Positions 55,173 to 62,830 of a stretch of DNA of 64,000 bases are shown piece after piece. Made by a program: the position numbers and the translations under genes. The DNA is taken from IMG/VR virus record IMGVR_UViG_3300029258_002856. One strand, given 5' to 3'. Numbering within the stretch: position 1 is the stretch's first letter; every line of letters starts with the position of its first letter. The DNA is from a virus. The notes beneath the pieces are model-generated. The model was not told the DNA's origin. It saw only the letters and a list, made by a program, of their open reading frames with translations, and did not search any database.

Positions 55173-56907
55173 GTGGGGAAAACTTGAGCTTACGGTTCCG
55201 GACTTCAGTGCTCTGGACCCGCTCCTGGAGTTCATTGACCAGCTCAAAGAACTGCTGAAGAAGTTCGCGGACCTCCTCGACGCGTTGCTCACCTTCCTGG
55301 CGGGAATCCTCGATCCTTTGGCGACGCTCATCCAGAAGCTCATCGACAAGCTCAAAGAGCTAGTTGAAAGTTTCTTGGAAGACCTGGGGGCGTACACTAT
55401 TTTGATTCCGAGCGGGAAGCGCTTTATGACTACCTTCATGGGTCTCGGAGACGTCACTCCCCCCGTGAGCACCCACCTCTTCCCCGAGGGGCCGGACCTC
55501 AACGACCCCAACCTCACGCCCGAAGAGCAAGAGTTCCTCATCAACATGAACCGCTACAACGGCGGTAACCCGGCGTTCTACCGTACGGTGTTGGACTCCA
55601 TCCACGATAAGGGGGACCGCAACCGTCCGCAGTTCACCAGCGCCAACGATTGGATTGGCGGCTTGGTGATGATGCTCGGGACGAACATCGACCCCTTCGG
55701 ATTCCTGGACGACTTGTGGTCGCTCAAGGGACTCTTCGGAAGCCTCTTCGACTCCACGTACGTGACTACCATCCCCACTGCTAAGGGTCTCACCGCTGAA
55801 GCTCTCACCCGGCCCAGCACTTCGGGTGGAAAGTTCACGGCGCTGCTGTCGTGGGAGACCATGGACACGCCCTTTGCGCGACTTCCTGACCTGGGCAACA
55901 CGGTGTTGGTGCCGGAGCGTCAGGCGCTCATCATGGTCAAGAACGACATCTCGGCGGCCACAGCCTCCAACGTTGTTCAGCTCATGGGCACCCGGGAGTT
56001 GACCGAGGGCCTGGAGTTCGGCAACGCCAAGGTCATCTACGAAGGCGTCTTCGATATCACGAAAGTCAGCCACCTCTACGAAATACCGGACGCAGACCCC
56101 GACGATACGTACTACTTCGCCCTGGCCTACAAGAACCGCGTCTGGCGCTCTGACGAGAACTGGACGGTCGACCCTGGTTATGCACTTGGCTATTGGGACA
56201 CTTCCAACATCGCGCGTCTCGTGCCGTTCCCGGTGCTGCCAGGCAGCACGCCACCCGACTGGATACGGACGCCCTCCTTCGGGGATATGTTCCCGGACCT
56301 CGCCTACTTCCTGCGTCGTTTGCTCGGAGTAATCGAGGACTACGCGAATCGCCTCCTCGCAGTCAACGACCTCTGGAAGAAGTACGTAGAGTTCCTTCGC
56401 GCCGAAGTCGACCGCTACGAGGCTCTCGTCAACGAGATTCTCGACCGCATCAAGCGCCTCACTGAGATGCTGAAGCTGCCCAACGCGACCGGCGGTGTGT
56501 ATGCTCGAGTTTTCAAAGGCGTGGGTGGCAACCAGTTCTTTCTCTCGGACCTTGCCACGTCCCTGTCGCGTTCGTACCCTAATGCTCCCCCCTTCCACCG
56601 GGGAGACGAGTACGTGATGGGCATCATCATGCTGGCCGGAGGGAACGAGGCCCTGGTCGATAGCTTCGTGGGACTGCTGTCTCTGCTCTTCGGCATCGGC
56701 TCGTTTGACGAAGACAACCTGATGGGCTCTATCGGTGACGCACTTACCGCGGCAGAGGCTAAATGCTTCGGCGATGACTTCAGCGTCATCGAATGTGTGG
56801 ACGAGCAGTTCACCGAAAGTCTGGACGAGGCTGTCGTATCGTGTTCTACTCCTACACGTACGGCAACAGAGTTCGGAGACGACCTTTCACCTCTGGAGGT
56901 TTCCTAG
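55156..56907 (+). CDS. Hypothetical protein, possibly baseplate or structural
   Basis: 583 aa, GTG start, amphipathic helical ends around a beta-rich core, GC3-biased. Confidence 0.65.
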   Translation: MANVGEWGKLELTVPDFSALDPLLEFIDQLKELLKKFADLLDALLTFLAGILDPLATLIQKLIDKLKELVESFLEDLGAYTILIPSGKRFMTTFMGLGDVTPPVSTHLFPEGPDLNDPNLTPEEQEFLINMNRYNGGNPAFYRTVLDSIHDKGDRNRPQFTSANDWIGGLVMMLGTNIDPFGFLDDLWSLKGLFGSLFDSTYVTTIPTAKGLTAEALTRPSTSGGKFTALLSWETMDTPFARLPDLGNTVLVPERQALIMVKNDISAATASNVVQLMGTRELTEGLEFGNAKVIYEGVFDITKVSHLYEIPDADPDDTYYFALAYKNRVWRSDENWTVDPGYALGYWDTSNIARLVPFPVLPGSTPPDWIRTPSFGDMFPDLAYFLRRLLGVIEDYANRLLAVNDLWKKYVEFLRAEVDRYEALVNEILDRIKRLTEMLKLPNATGGVYARVFKGVGGNQFFLSDLATSLSRSYPNAPPFHRGDEYVMGIIMLAGGNEALVDSFVGLLSLLFGIGSFDEDNLMGSIGDALTAAEAKCFGDDFSVIECVDEQFTESLDEAVVSCSTPTRTATEFGDDLSPLEVS

Positions 56908-57167
56908 TGGCAATACTGAAAGACTTTCGCTGCATCAAGTGCAACACCTTCGAAGAGCAGCTCGTGAGTGACAACTCCGAAGCGCGGTGCTCTTCTTGTG
57001 GGGGCGAGATGGAACGAGTCCTCACCGCTGCTCCCAAACAGTTCCATGTGATTGTCCCGACCCATCCGGGAGCGAAGGCAAATAAAGCGGGCTACATCCA
57101 TTCCCATGGCGATAAGCCCGCAACCAAGATACAATCTGGTTACGGAGGTGCGCAGGGACCTAAATAA
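56907..57167 (+). CDS. FmdB-family zinc-ribbon protein
   Basis: GTG start after GGAGG; DFRCIKC...RCSSCGGEMERVLTA. Confidence 0.75.
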   Translation: MAILKDFRCIKCNTFEEQLVSDNSEARCSSCGGEMERVLTAAPKQFHVIVPTHPGAKANKAGYIHSHGDKPATKIQSGYGGAQGPK

Positions 57168-57264
57168 ACTGGACACCCCGCAACATGGATGAGGGTGTGC
57201 CGCGCACGGCGGGGTGTCCATCGACAGGAGGTGTGCACGCACACACTCTTTCTTTTACCTCTGC

Positions 57265-57293
57265 TTTCGTTCAATTTCTGAGTGAACTATACT
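57265..57293 (+). promoter_or_regulatory. Promoter motif, possibly giving a leaderless mRNA
   Basis: TTTCGT-N17-TATACT ending 8 nt before ATG 57301. Confidence 0.4.
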
Positions 57294-57300
57294 TGTATCG

Positions 57301-57939
57301 ATGCGTAACGGAATGCTGAAAAAAGAAGGCTTCGCGGTGTGGACGAGAGTCCCAGGGACTCCCTTCACGCTTCCGGGGTCGCTCACGGTCAAAGAACGTC
57401 TTCCTGGCATGGTGGACTGGGCACCGCGTGAAGTGGTCACTCGGGTTGCCAAGGGCCTTCGCAGTGGGGACGATGGGCCGGTGGAGCTTGCCGAAGCCGA
57501 AGCTCAACGGGGCCTCCCGCAACACGCCGGGGTCGGAGCAGTTGCTGGGACGACCCTCGGGTCCCTCCTCGGTAGACTGTTCGGAGGCCAAGCAGCTATC
57601 AAACCCTTCCAGGAAATAGGTCAGCGCGGTATCGGCAGCTCCACCCTCCGACAGCTCAAGAATCTTCCGGCCGCCATGAAGCTCCTTCCTATTCTGGGAG
57701 CCCTCGGTGGCGCGGGAGTGGGTGCTAAGGTCTGGGAGCGTGGGCAAGAGGGTCGCCGTCAACAGGCGCTGGACGTTTCCAAGGGCTTGCTGGCCGAGCG
57801 CATTTTGCAGTCCCAAGCAATCCAGGAAGCCCTCCGGTCCAACAACCCATACACGGCCCCCCTTTTACGGGGTATACCCATCACCTCGGCCTCGGCCCCC
57901 GTGCCGCATGTGATGCGCTACGGACACATAGGAGTCTGA
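57301..57939 (+). CDS. Gly-rich hydrophobic protein, putative ejection/membrane protein
   Basis: GVGAVAGTTLGSLLGRLFGG and ILGALGGAGVGA segments. Confidence 0.6.
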   Translation: MRNGMLKKEGFAVWTRVPGTPFTLPGSLTVKERLPGMVDWAPREVVTRVAKGLRSGDDGPVELAEAEAQRGLPQHAGVGAVAGTTLGSLLGRLFGGQAAIKPFQEIGQRGIGSSTLRQLKNLPAAMKLLPILGALGGAGVGAKVWERGQEGRRQQALDVSKGLLAERILQSQAIQEALRSNNPYTAPLLRGIPITSASAPVPHVMRYGHIGV

Positions 57940-57940
57940 C

Positions 57941-58321
57941 ATGGCAGGCGTCGCCAACATTACGGGCAAGATTGCGTTCATCCTCGGGGCACATGCCAAC
58001 GACAAAAACCCCGAAATCAACTTCAAGATGGAGGACCTCGCCTACGGGCCGTTGGGTGTTCATCATCTCGAGTGGGGGAGCGCGGTCACGGACGAAGACA
58101 TCCTCTACGGAACTATCACGGACGCCAAGGTGGTCTTCATCCGTTCCTACCAGGGCGGTGGCATCGTGAAAGTGAACGGCGGCACCGGCATCAAGATTGA
58201 CCCCCCGCCCACCGATGAGGACGGCGGTTGGTTCATCTTCGCCAACCCGAGTGGTGGAATTACATCGCTTACCGTGACAACTACCGGCGCGGCCAAGTTC
58301 GAGGCGATGCTTTTCCAGTAG
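57941..58321 (+). CDS. Small beta-rich structural protein
   Basis: AGGAG RBS and biased codons. Confidence 0.6.
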   Translation: MAGVANITGKIAFILGAHANDKNPEINFKMEDLAYGPLGVHHLEWGSAVTDEDILYGTITDAKVVFIRSYQGGGIVKVNGGTGIKIDPPPTDEDGGWFIFANPSGGITSLTVTTTGAAKFEAMLFQ

Positions 58322-58334
58322 GAGTGTAACGGGT

Positions 58335-59099
58335 ATGTACCGCGCAGTGGCAAAAATAGCGGAGACACCGGCTGGGATGACCTGGGGTGAGGCCTTGGGT
58401 GCCCGGAAGGAAATTCTGAAGCGTTTTCTACAGAAGGCGAAGACGCCAGCGGGAGCTGCGGCGCTCCTCGGAGCCCTCGGTGCAGCAGGCCTCGGGGTAA
58501 AAGCATACCGAGACGAAGTATCCAAGACCGGGGCTACGCTGCCCGATGCTACGGAAACTCCTGAGGCCCCCAAAGTTCCCAAACTTCCCGGGCCATCGGT
58601 AGCTTCCCCCGCAAAAATAAATGTTGCTCCGTTAGCGCCCCCGGGTGGCCCCACTGGAGGGGTCAACATCACGACGCCCAAACCGCCGGTCTCGGCGACT
58701 TCTCAAACCACAAAAACCAAGGAAGTAACTGCTTCCATCTTCGACGAGGGTATGGGTCCCCTCTTGGCCGGTGGCGCGGGTGGTGTGGGCGGATACCTGC
58801 TCGGCTCCAAGGTCATCAATCCGTTGCTGTATGCCAAGGAGCAGGACATCCTCAACAAAATCCGAACCGGCGAAAAAGTCGTAGCTGGTCTCCAGCGGTC
58901 CCAGAAGGTTGCTCCGTTCGTGGCCGGTGCCGTGAGCGCCCTTATCCTCGCTTCTCTCGCAGCCTACAAAGCGCGCCAAAATGAAAAACAGAAAATCGAG
59001 CGGCAACTCACGTGGGGACAGCTCCCAACTCCTACAGCTCCTGGGTCTGGCTTCAATCCTCTCGAGCAAATCCAGTTCGGGCAGGCCCCTATCTACTAG
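58335..59099 (+). CDS. Gly-rich hydrophobic protein with Pro-rich linker
   Basis: Three hydrophobic segments; AKIA and SKTG motifs. Confidence 0.6.
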   Translation: MYRAVAKIAETPAGMTWGEALGARKEILKRFLQKAKTPAGAAALLGALGAAGLGVKAYRDEVSKTGATLPDATETPEAPKVPKLPGPSVASPAKINVAPLAPPGGPTGGVNITTPKPPVSATSQTTKTKEVTASIFDEGMGPLLAGGAGGVGGYLLGSKVINPLLYAKEQDILNKIRTGEKVVAGLQRSQKVAPFVAGAVSALILASLAAYKARQNEKQKIERQLTWGQLPTPTAPGSGFNPLEQIQFGQAPIY

Positions 59100-59101
59100 C
59101 C

Positions 59102-59242
59102 ATGGGGATGCCGACCAGATACCGCACCCCGCGGAAGAACCTCTCTCCACGCAAGATAGATAAGAAGCATCTCCGGCGCTGGTTGAAGTATCGTCAGTTA
59201 CGGGGTAAAGCTGTCCGTCCTCCCAAGCAATTCGGTCATTAA
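59102..59242 (+). CDS. 46-aa highly basic peptide
   Basis: MGMPTRYRTPRKNLSPRKIDKKHLRRWLKYRQLRGKAVRPPKQFGH, starting 2 nt after the upstream stop. Confidence 0.5.
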   Translation: MGMPTRYRTPRKNLSPRKIDKKHLRRWLKYRQLRGKAVRPPKQFGH

Positions 59243-59374
59243 AAAACCCTCGCGTCTGTGGTAAAAGATTCTGTGTTGCCGATGGGCTCGCTCCAGATGC
59301 CCCCCCACATCCGACCGAGTTCACCGGCAACGTTTTTTCTTTGACAACCGATTGCAAGAAGACAGGAGGGAACA

Positions 59375-60034
59375 ATGCCCGAGGAAAAAGACCAGCCGGT
59401 CGAAGAGAAGTACCGAGAGTACACGCTGGACGAGTTACTGTTGCGGCGCAAGGAGCTTTCCGTCAAGGTCCAGCTCCGGCAGAAGCTGTTCAACACGCCG
59501 CACCTCTTCCAGGAGAACCTGCGGCGCACCTCGGCGCGCCACGAGGGCCTGGATGACATCATCGGCACGCTCCCGGTGATGGACCGCGTGCAGCTCGAGC
59601 ACGAGCTCAACTACTACTCGCAGAAGCTTCGCGAAGTCGACGAGGTGGTGCAGGGGGCGAACTTCAACGAAGAAGTCAACGGCCCGTCGTCCATCTTCGT
59701 GGACTTCTCCGAGGACATGAAGCTCGCCGGAGGCACCATCACCAAGAAGCTCGCGTCCTTCCTCACGCGACGCAAGACTCTCAACGACATCTGTCGGCGC
59801 GTCGACATCGAGGACTCGGAGCTGATTCACTCGGTCAACGAGCGTCTCGAGGCTACCGAGGGGACCGAGAAGCTCAAGGAGAAGTACGCGAAGAAGAAGG
59901 CCAGCGAGGTGCTCGCTCGGATGGAGCACTACCACACCCAGCTCCGCCTCTGCGACGAGCTGATTCACGAGGCCAATTGCGGCATCCGCCGCGGAGCCTC
60001 TCCTTCCCTTCTGGACGACTACCCAGTCGACTAG
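59375..60034 (+). CDS. Coiled-coil hypothetical protein
   Basis: AGGAGG RBS and very strong GC3 bias. Confidence 0.75.
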   Translation: MPEEKDQPVEEKYREYTLDELLLRRKELSVKVQLRQKLFNTPHLFQENLRRTSARHEGLDDIIGTLPVMDRVQLEHELNYYSQKLREVDEVVQGANFNEEVNGPSSIFVDFSEDMKLAGGTITKKLASFLTRRKTLNDICRRVDIEDSELIHSVNERLEATEGTEKLKEKYAKKKASEVLARMEHYHTQLRLCDELIHEANCGIRRGASPSLLDDYPVD

Positions 60035-60240
60035 TAGCTACGTCCCCCCGGGGGCGTTCTACATAGGACAAGCGGTGCGTGGAACAAGGGTTTGCTCGGC
60101 ACCCTAAGCCGTAGGCCGGTCCGGAGCGGTCATAGCAATTCATCTGCATCGAAGACGATGTATACCTCTCGACTGCTAATCGAGAACTGGACATTTAATC
60201 CAGAGAAAAAGTGGGTTTTCCGGGAGCCAAAAAACCGGAC

Positions 60241-60331
60241 GAACTCCGACTAGATGAATTCCGACCTTCCGACTAACCCTGATTACCCGAATACGCAGAA
60301 CAGCTGAACTTCGAGTAACAGAACTCCGACT
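60241..60331 (+). repeat. Short imperfect direct repeats (core TCCGAC)
   Basis: GAACTCCGACT 60241-60251, GAATTCCGACC 60256-60266, TTCCGACT 60267-60274, GAACTTCGAGT 60306-60316, GAACTCCGACT 60321-60331. Confidence 0.75.
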
Positions 60332-60363
60332 CACCACGTTCCGGCCGCTTTGTCCGTCTCTAT

Positions 60364-60399
60364 GCACTCTCTCCTTCACCGGGGGGAGTGCTCTTTTTT
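60364..60399 (+). terminator. Rho-independent terminator
   Basis: GCACTCTCTCC-TTCACC-GGGGGGAGTGC followed by TCTTTTTT. Confidence 0.75.
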
Positions 60400-60403
60400 C
60401 CTC

Positions 60404-60475
60404 TGGGGCATCGACCAGTGGCCAGGTCACGGGCTTTTGGTGCCCGCTACGAAGGTTCGAGTCCTTCTGCCCCAG
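60404..60475 (+). tRNA. tRNA-Gln (anticodon TTG)
   Basis: Acceptor TGGGGCA/TGCCCCA, D stem GACC/GGTC, anticodon stem CGGGC-TT TTG GT-GCCCG, T arm GAAGG-TTCGAGT-CCTTC. CCA not encoded (CCG). Confidence 0.95.
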
Positions 60476-60477
60476 CC

Positions 60478-60851
60478 GGATGCTAGAGCCTGGAGAGGCA
60501 ACCGTCAGCTAGCTGACCCAGGTTTGCTGAACAGGCCGGGGAGTAACTCCCCAAAGGGCACAGGAGTCGCCCCAACCGAAACACCTTGGAAGGAAGTCCT
60601 CTCACCGGGAGGCTCTACCCACTCGGACAATTAGCCATCCCGAGTGAGAAGGACCCCTTCCGGCGTACGCGTAGTAGCATCCATGCAGACGTCGGAACTC
60701 TCGCACCTCGAGGGTCGGGAAGTAACTTCCCACGAGACGCGCAGCAACTAACTGCGCTTGAACATTGGCGACAGCTTAGGCTGCGGAGAGGTCCGCTATG
60801 CTTCCCTACCTTGCCTCAGCTTCTGCCAAAGTAAACACAGTGACGTCTGCA
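60478..60851 (+). ncRNA. Putative two-domain structured RNA bracketed by tRNAs
   Basis: GGATGCTA/TAGCATCC (60478-60485/60675-60682) and TGCAGACGTC/GACGTCTGCA (60684-60693/60842-60851) close two multi-hairpin domains. Confidence 0.6.
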
Positions 60852-60854
60852 CCT

Positions 60855-60928
60855 GACTCCATCGTCTAGTCCGGTCAGGACACTGGCCTTTCACGCCAGT
60901 AACACGGGTTCAAATCCCGTTGGAGTCA
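60855..60928 (+). tRNA. tRNA-Glu (anticodon TTC)
   Basis: Acceptor GACTCCA/TGGAGTC, anticodon stem CTGGC-CT TTC AC-GCCAG, T arm ACGGG-TTCAAAT-CCCGT. CCA not encoded (CCG). Confidence 0.95.
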
Positions 60929-61108
60929 CCGCGGCAGTGGGTCATGGAAACGTCAGGCTGGGATGCGGAGCGGGACGGGTATACTGCCGCTCAGGGGTTT
61001 TCTTCTGTGCCCGTCCCCACCTTTCACGTTGGTCCGCGCTGGGTTTGGGACCTCGGAAACATAATACAATCCCGGTACACCCAGCACATTTCCCAACAGG
61101 AAAAACCA

Positions 61109-61504
61109 ATGGCCTACATAATCGGAGAACCAATCATCGAGGTCTGTGCCGGAGGGGTGCACGGGGGTACCCTCCTCCGTGTCCGCTTCCCGGTGAAAGA
61201 CACCCACGTAGATGAGATTCACTACCGGGGCTGCGAAATCGAACTTCACCCCGAACAACTCTGGATGTTGAACAAGGACGGGGTGCCCCCACGCTTTGCT
61301 CCAAAAGTTCTCCCCCCGATAGCAGTGACAGAAGACATGTACGGTGACACTCTTGTGCTCTCTGCTGACGTTGTTCATGAGGTCAAACAGCACCTCAATC
61401 GTCTAGGGCTCGTCCCGGAAGAAATGGACCAGCATGCCCTCCAAGAGATAAAGAACGCCGTTGCCGAGCGGCTCGTAAAAGAGAAGTACGGAGAGAAGAA
61501 ATGA
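61109..61504 (+). CDS. Hypothetical protein
   Basis: Start MAYIIGEP after AGGA; ATGA overlap with the next gene. Confidence 0.65.
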   Translation: MAYIIGEPIIEVCAGGVHGGTLLRVRFPVKDTHVDEIHYRGCEIELHPEQLWMLNKDGVPPRFAPKVLPPIAVTEDMYGDTLVLSADVVHEVKQHLNRLGLVPEEMDQHALQEIKNAVAERLVKEKYGEKK

Positions 61505-62010
61505 CCAAACACCTCAAGTATCTGAAGTATGTTCTCCGTCACAAATACTACGTGACGCTGGAGTGCTTCAAGGTCGGCCTCTATCTTCGTGGCGCACTCC
61601 ACGACATCAGCAAGTTCCACCCGAGTGAGTGGTTCCCCTACGCCGAATTCTTTTACGGCGTTAAACCGCAGAACATCCGGGATGAGACTGGCTACTACAA
61701 ACCCACGGACACGGGAGACGCGGACTTCGACTTCGCGTGGCTGCTCCACCAGAAGCGCAACGACCATCACTGGCAGTGGTGGGTACTCCCCGAGGACGAG
61801 GGCGGCGTGAAACTCGTGCCGATGTCGGTGGACGCCGTTGTCGAGATGCTCTGTGATTGGTGCGGCGCTAGCAGGGCGCAAGGACACGGCGGCTGGGAGG
61901 GCGTCTTCAAGTGGTACGAGAAGAATAAGGACAAGATGCAGCTCCATCCTGAGAGCAGGGAGAGGGTCGAAGAAATGCTTCGGCACATCAAGCTCCATGG
62001 CCAGTGGTAA
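61501..62010 (+). CDS. HD-like protein resembling DUF5662
   Basis: LRHKYYV, LHDISKF, AWLLHQKRNDHHWQWW, EMLCDWCGA. Confidence 0.7.
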   Translation: MTKHLKYLKYVLRHKYYVTLECFKVGLYLRGALHDISKFHPSEWFPYAEFFYGVKPQNIRDETGYYKPTDTGDADFDFAWLLHQKRNDHHWQWWVLPEDEGGVKLVPMSVDAVVEMLCDWCGASRAQGHGGWEGVFKWYEKNKDKMQLHPESRERVEEMLRHIKLHGQW

Positions 62011-62275
62011 CCAGCAAGATGCGATTCTAGCAATCAATTTTCACGACGACTTGATTGCTTATCTTGAAGAGAAGATGGTGGAGGGCGTAAATGTCTCGTT
62101 CATTGGAGAGAAGTTCTTGCAGCTCAACGGTGCGGTCCCGACGAAGACCTACCAGGAACTCATCTTCCCGGAAGTCTTGCGCATCGCACGAGACCATGGA
62201 TTCAAAGTAACGCGCGGCAGTAACCACAACATCCGGGCTGACTACGTGCGCATCGACCTGGTAGTGAGGTATTGA
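61997..62275 (+). CDS. Small protein, paralog 1 of 3
   Basis: YLEEKMVE...AVPTKTYQELIFPEVLRIARDHGF. Confidence 0.6.
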   Translation: MASGNQQDAILAINFHDDLIAYLEEKMVEGVNVSFIGEKFLQLNGAVPTKTYQELIFPEVLRIARDHGFKVTRGSNHNIRADYVRIDLVVRY

Positions 62276-62553
62276 CGATGATTGTCGCATTCCTCGAGGC
62301 GTACCTGACCGAGAAAGTAGTGGAGTTCGATATCTGGGCGCGCAAGGAGAAGGGCGGGGGTTGGGTTGTCGACCTCTATGCGGTGCCGTCGTCATTTTTC
62401 GAGGAAGTTCTCCGGCCCACAATGCAGGAGATAATCGAAGAACAAGGATTCAGGATGATGGTGTCTTTCCGTCATCCGTTGTTCGGAACCGAGGTGACCA
62501 GCATGCAGGTCGACGTTCTCCACCCTTCAGCACAGGAGCTTGGATATGTCTAA
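62272..62553 (+). CDS. Small protein, paralog 2 of 3
   Basis: YLTEKVVE...AVPSSFFEEVLRPTMQEIIEEQGF. Confidence 0.6.
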   Translation: MTMIVAFLEAYLTEKVVEFDIWARKEKGGGWVVDLYAVPSSFFEEVLRPTMQEIIEEQGFRMMVSFRHPLFGTEVTSMQVDVLHPSAQELGYV

Positions 62554-62830
62554 AGCCAGCTTCTATCCAATCACTCCTCGGGTCCAGAAGCTCTACGACT
62601 ACTTGGCTGAAAAGTTGATAGAATCCTTCTTCGAACGGAGAGTAGGAAACAACGGACTCCCCTACTACGTGGTACGGCTACGAATGATTCCCCAAGGCGC
62701 GTATGCTGACCTCATTTATCCGGAGGCTGAACGCCTCGCTCAAGACAACGGTTTGATGTTGGGGGGCGGTCCAACCTGCATCTGCAATGGCATAGTAACC
62801 TCTGCCGACTGGGTTATAATTCCCGCATGA
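62546..62830 (+). CDS. Small protein, paralog 3 of 3
   Basis: YLAEKLIE...MIPQGAYADLIYPEAERLAQDNGL. Confidence 0.6.
   Translation: MSKASFYPITPRVQKLYDYLAEKLIESFFERRVGNNGLPYYVVRLRMIPQGAYADLIYPEAERLAQDNGLMLGGGPTCICNGIVTSADWVIIPA

Larger units (their letters stand above)
60066..60399 (+). ncRNA. Putative ~330-nt structured sRNA with internal repeats
   Basis: Closing helix GGACAAGCGG/CCGCTTTGTCC plus GGAAC/GTTCC, a series of short hairpins, five GAA(C/T)T(C/T)CGA(C/G)T-like repeats, and its own terminator. Confidence 0.5.

Noticed and set aside
29885-56598. Long antisense ORFs (e.g. 29885-30976, 40539-41831, 47835-48695, 55360-56598, and plus-strand 50-691 and 12619-13212)
   Set aside because: They are shadow frames of real genes with strong GC3 bias. 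They lack RBSs and motifs and are fully overlapped by well-supported genes on the other strand.
59341-59346. Perfect TTGACA upstream of 59375
   Set aside because: No -10 element at 16-18 nt spacing; the RBS occupies that position.
60241-60331. Possible mini CRISPR array or Cas4 link
   Set aside because: The repeats are only 8-11 nt, irregularly spaced and have no spacer-sized unique intervals. No cas1/cas2 or effector is in the window.
60476-60700. Theta/HDV-like ribozyme at the tRNA-Gln 3' trailer
   Set aside because: A P1-like helix starts at the right place, but I could not find the P3/L3, P1.1 and J4/2 elements. Left to a covariance search.
60066-60851. tmRNA or two-piece tmRNA
   Set aside because: No alanyl-tRNA-like acceptor with a G-U pair, no T-arm/CCA end outside the two true tRNAs, and no convincing tag ORF.
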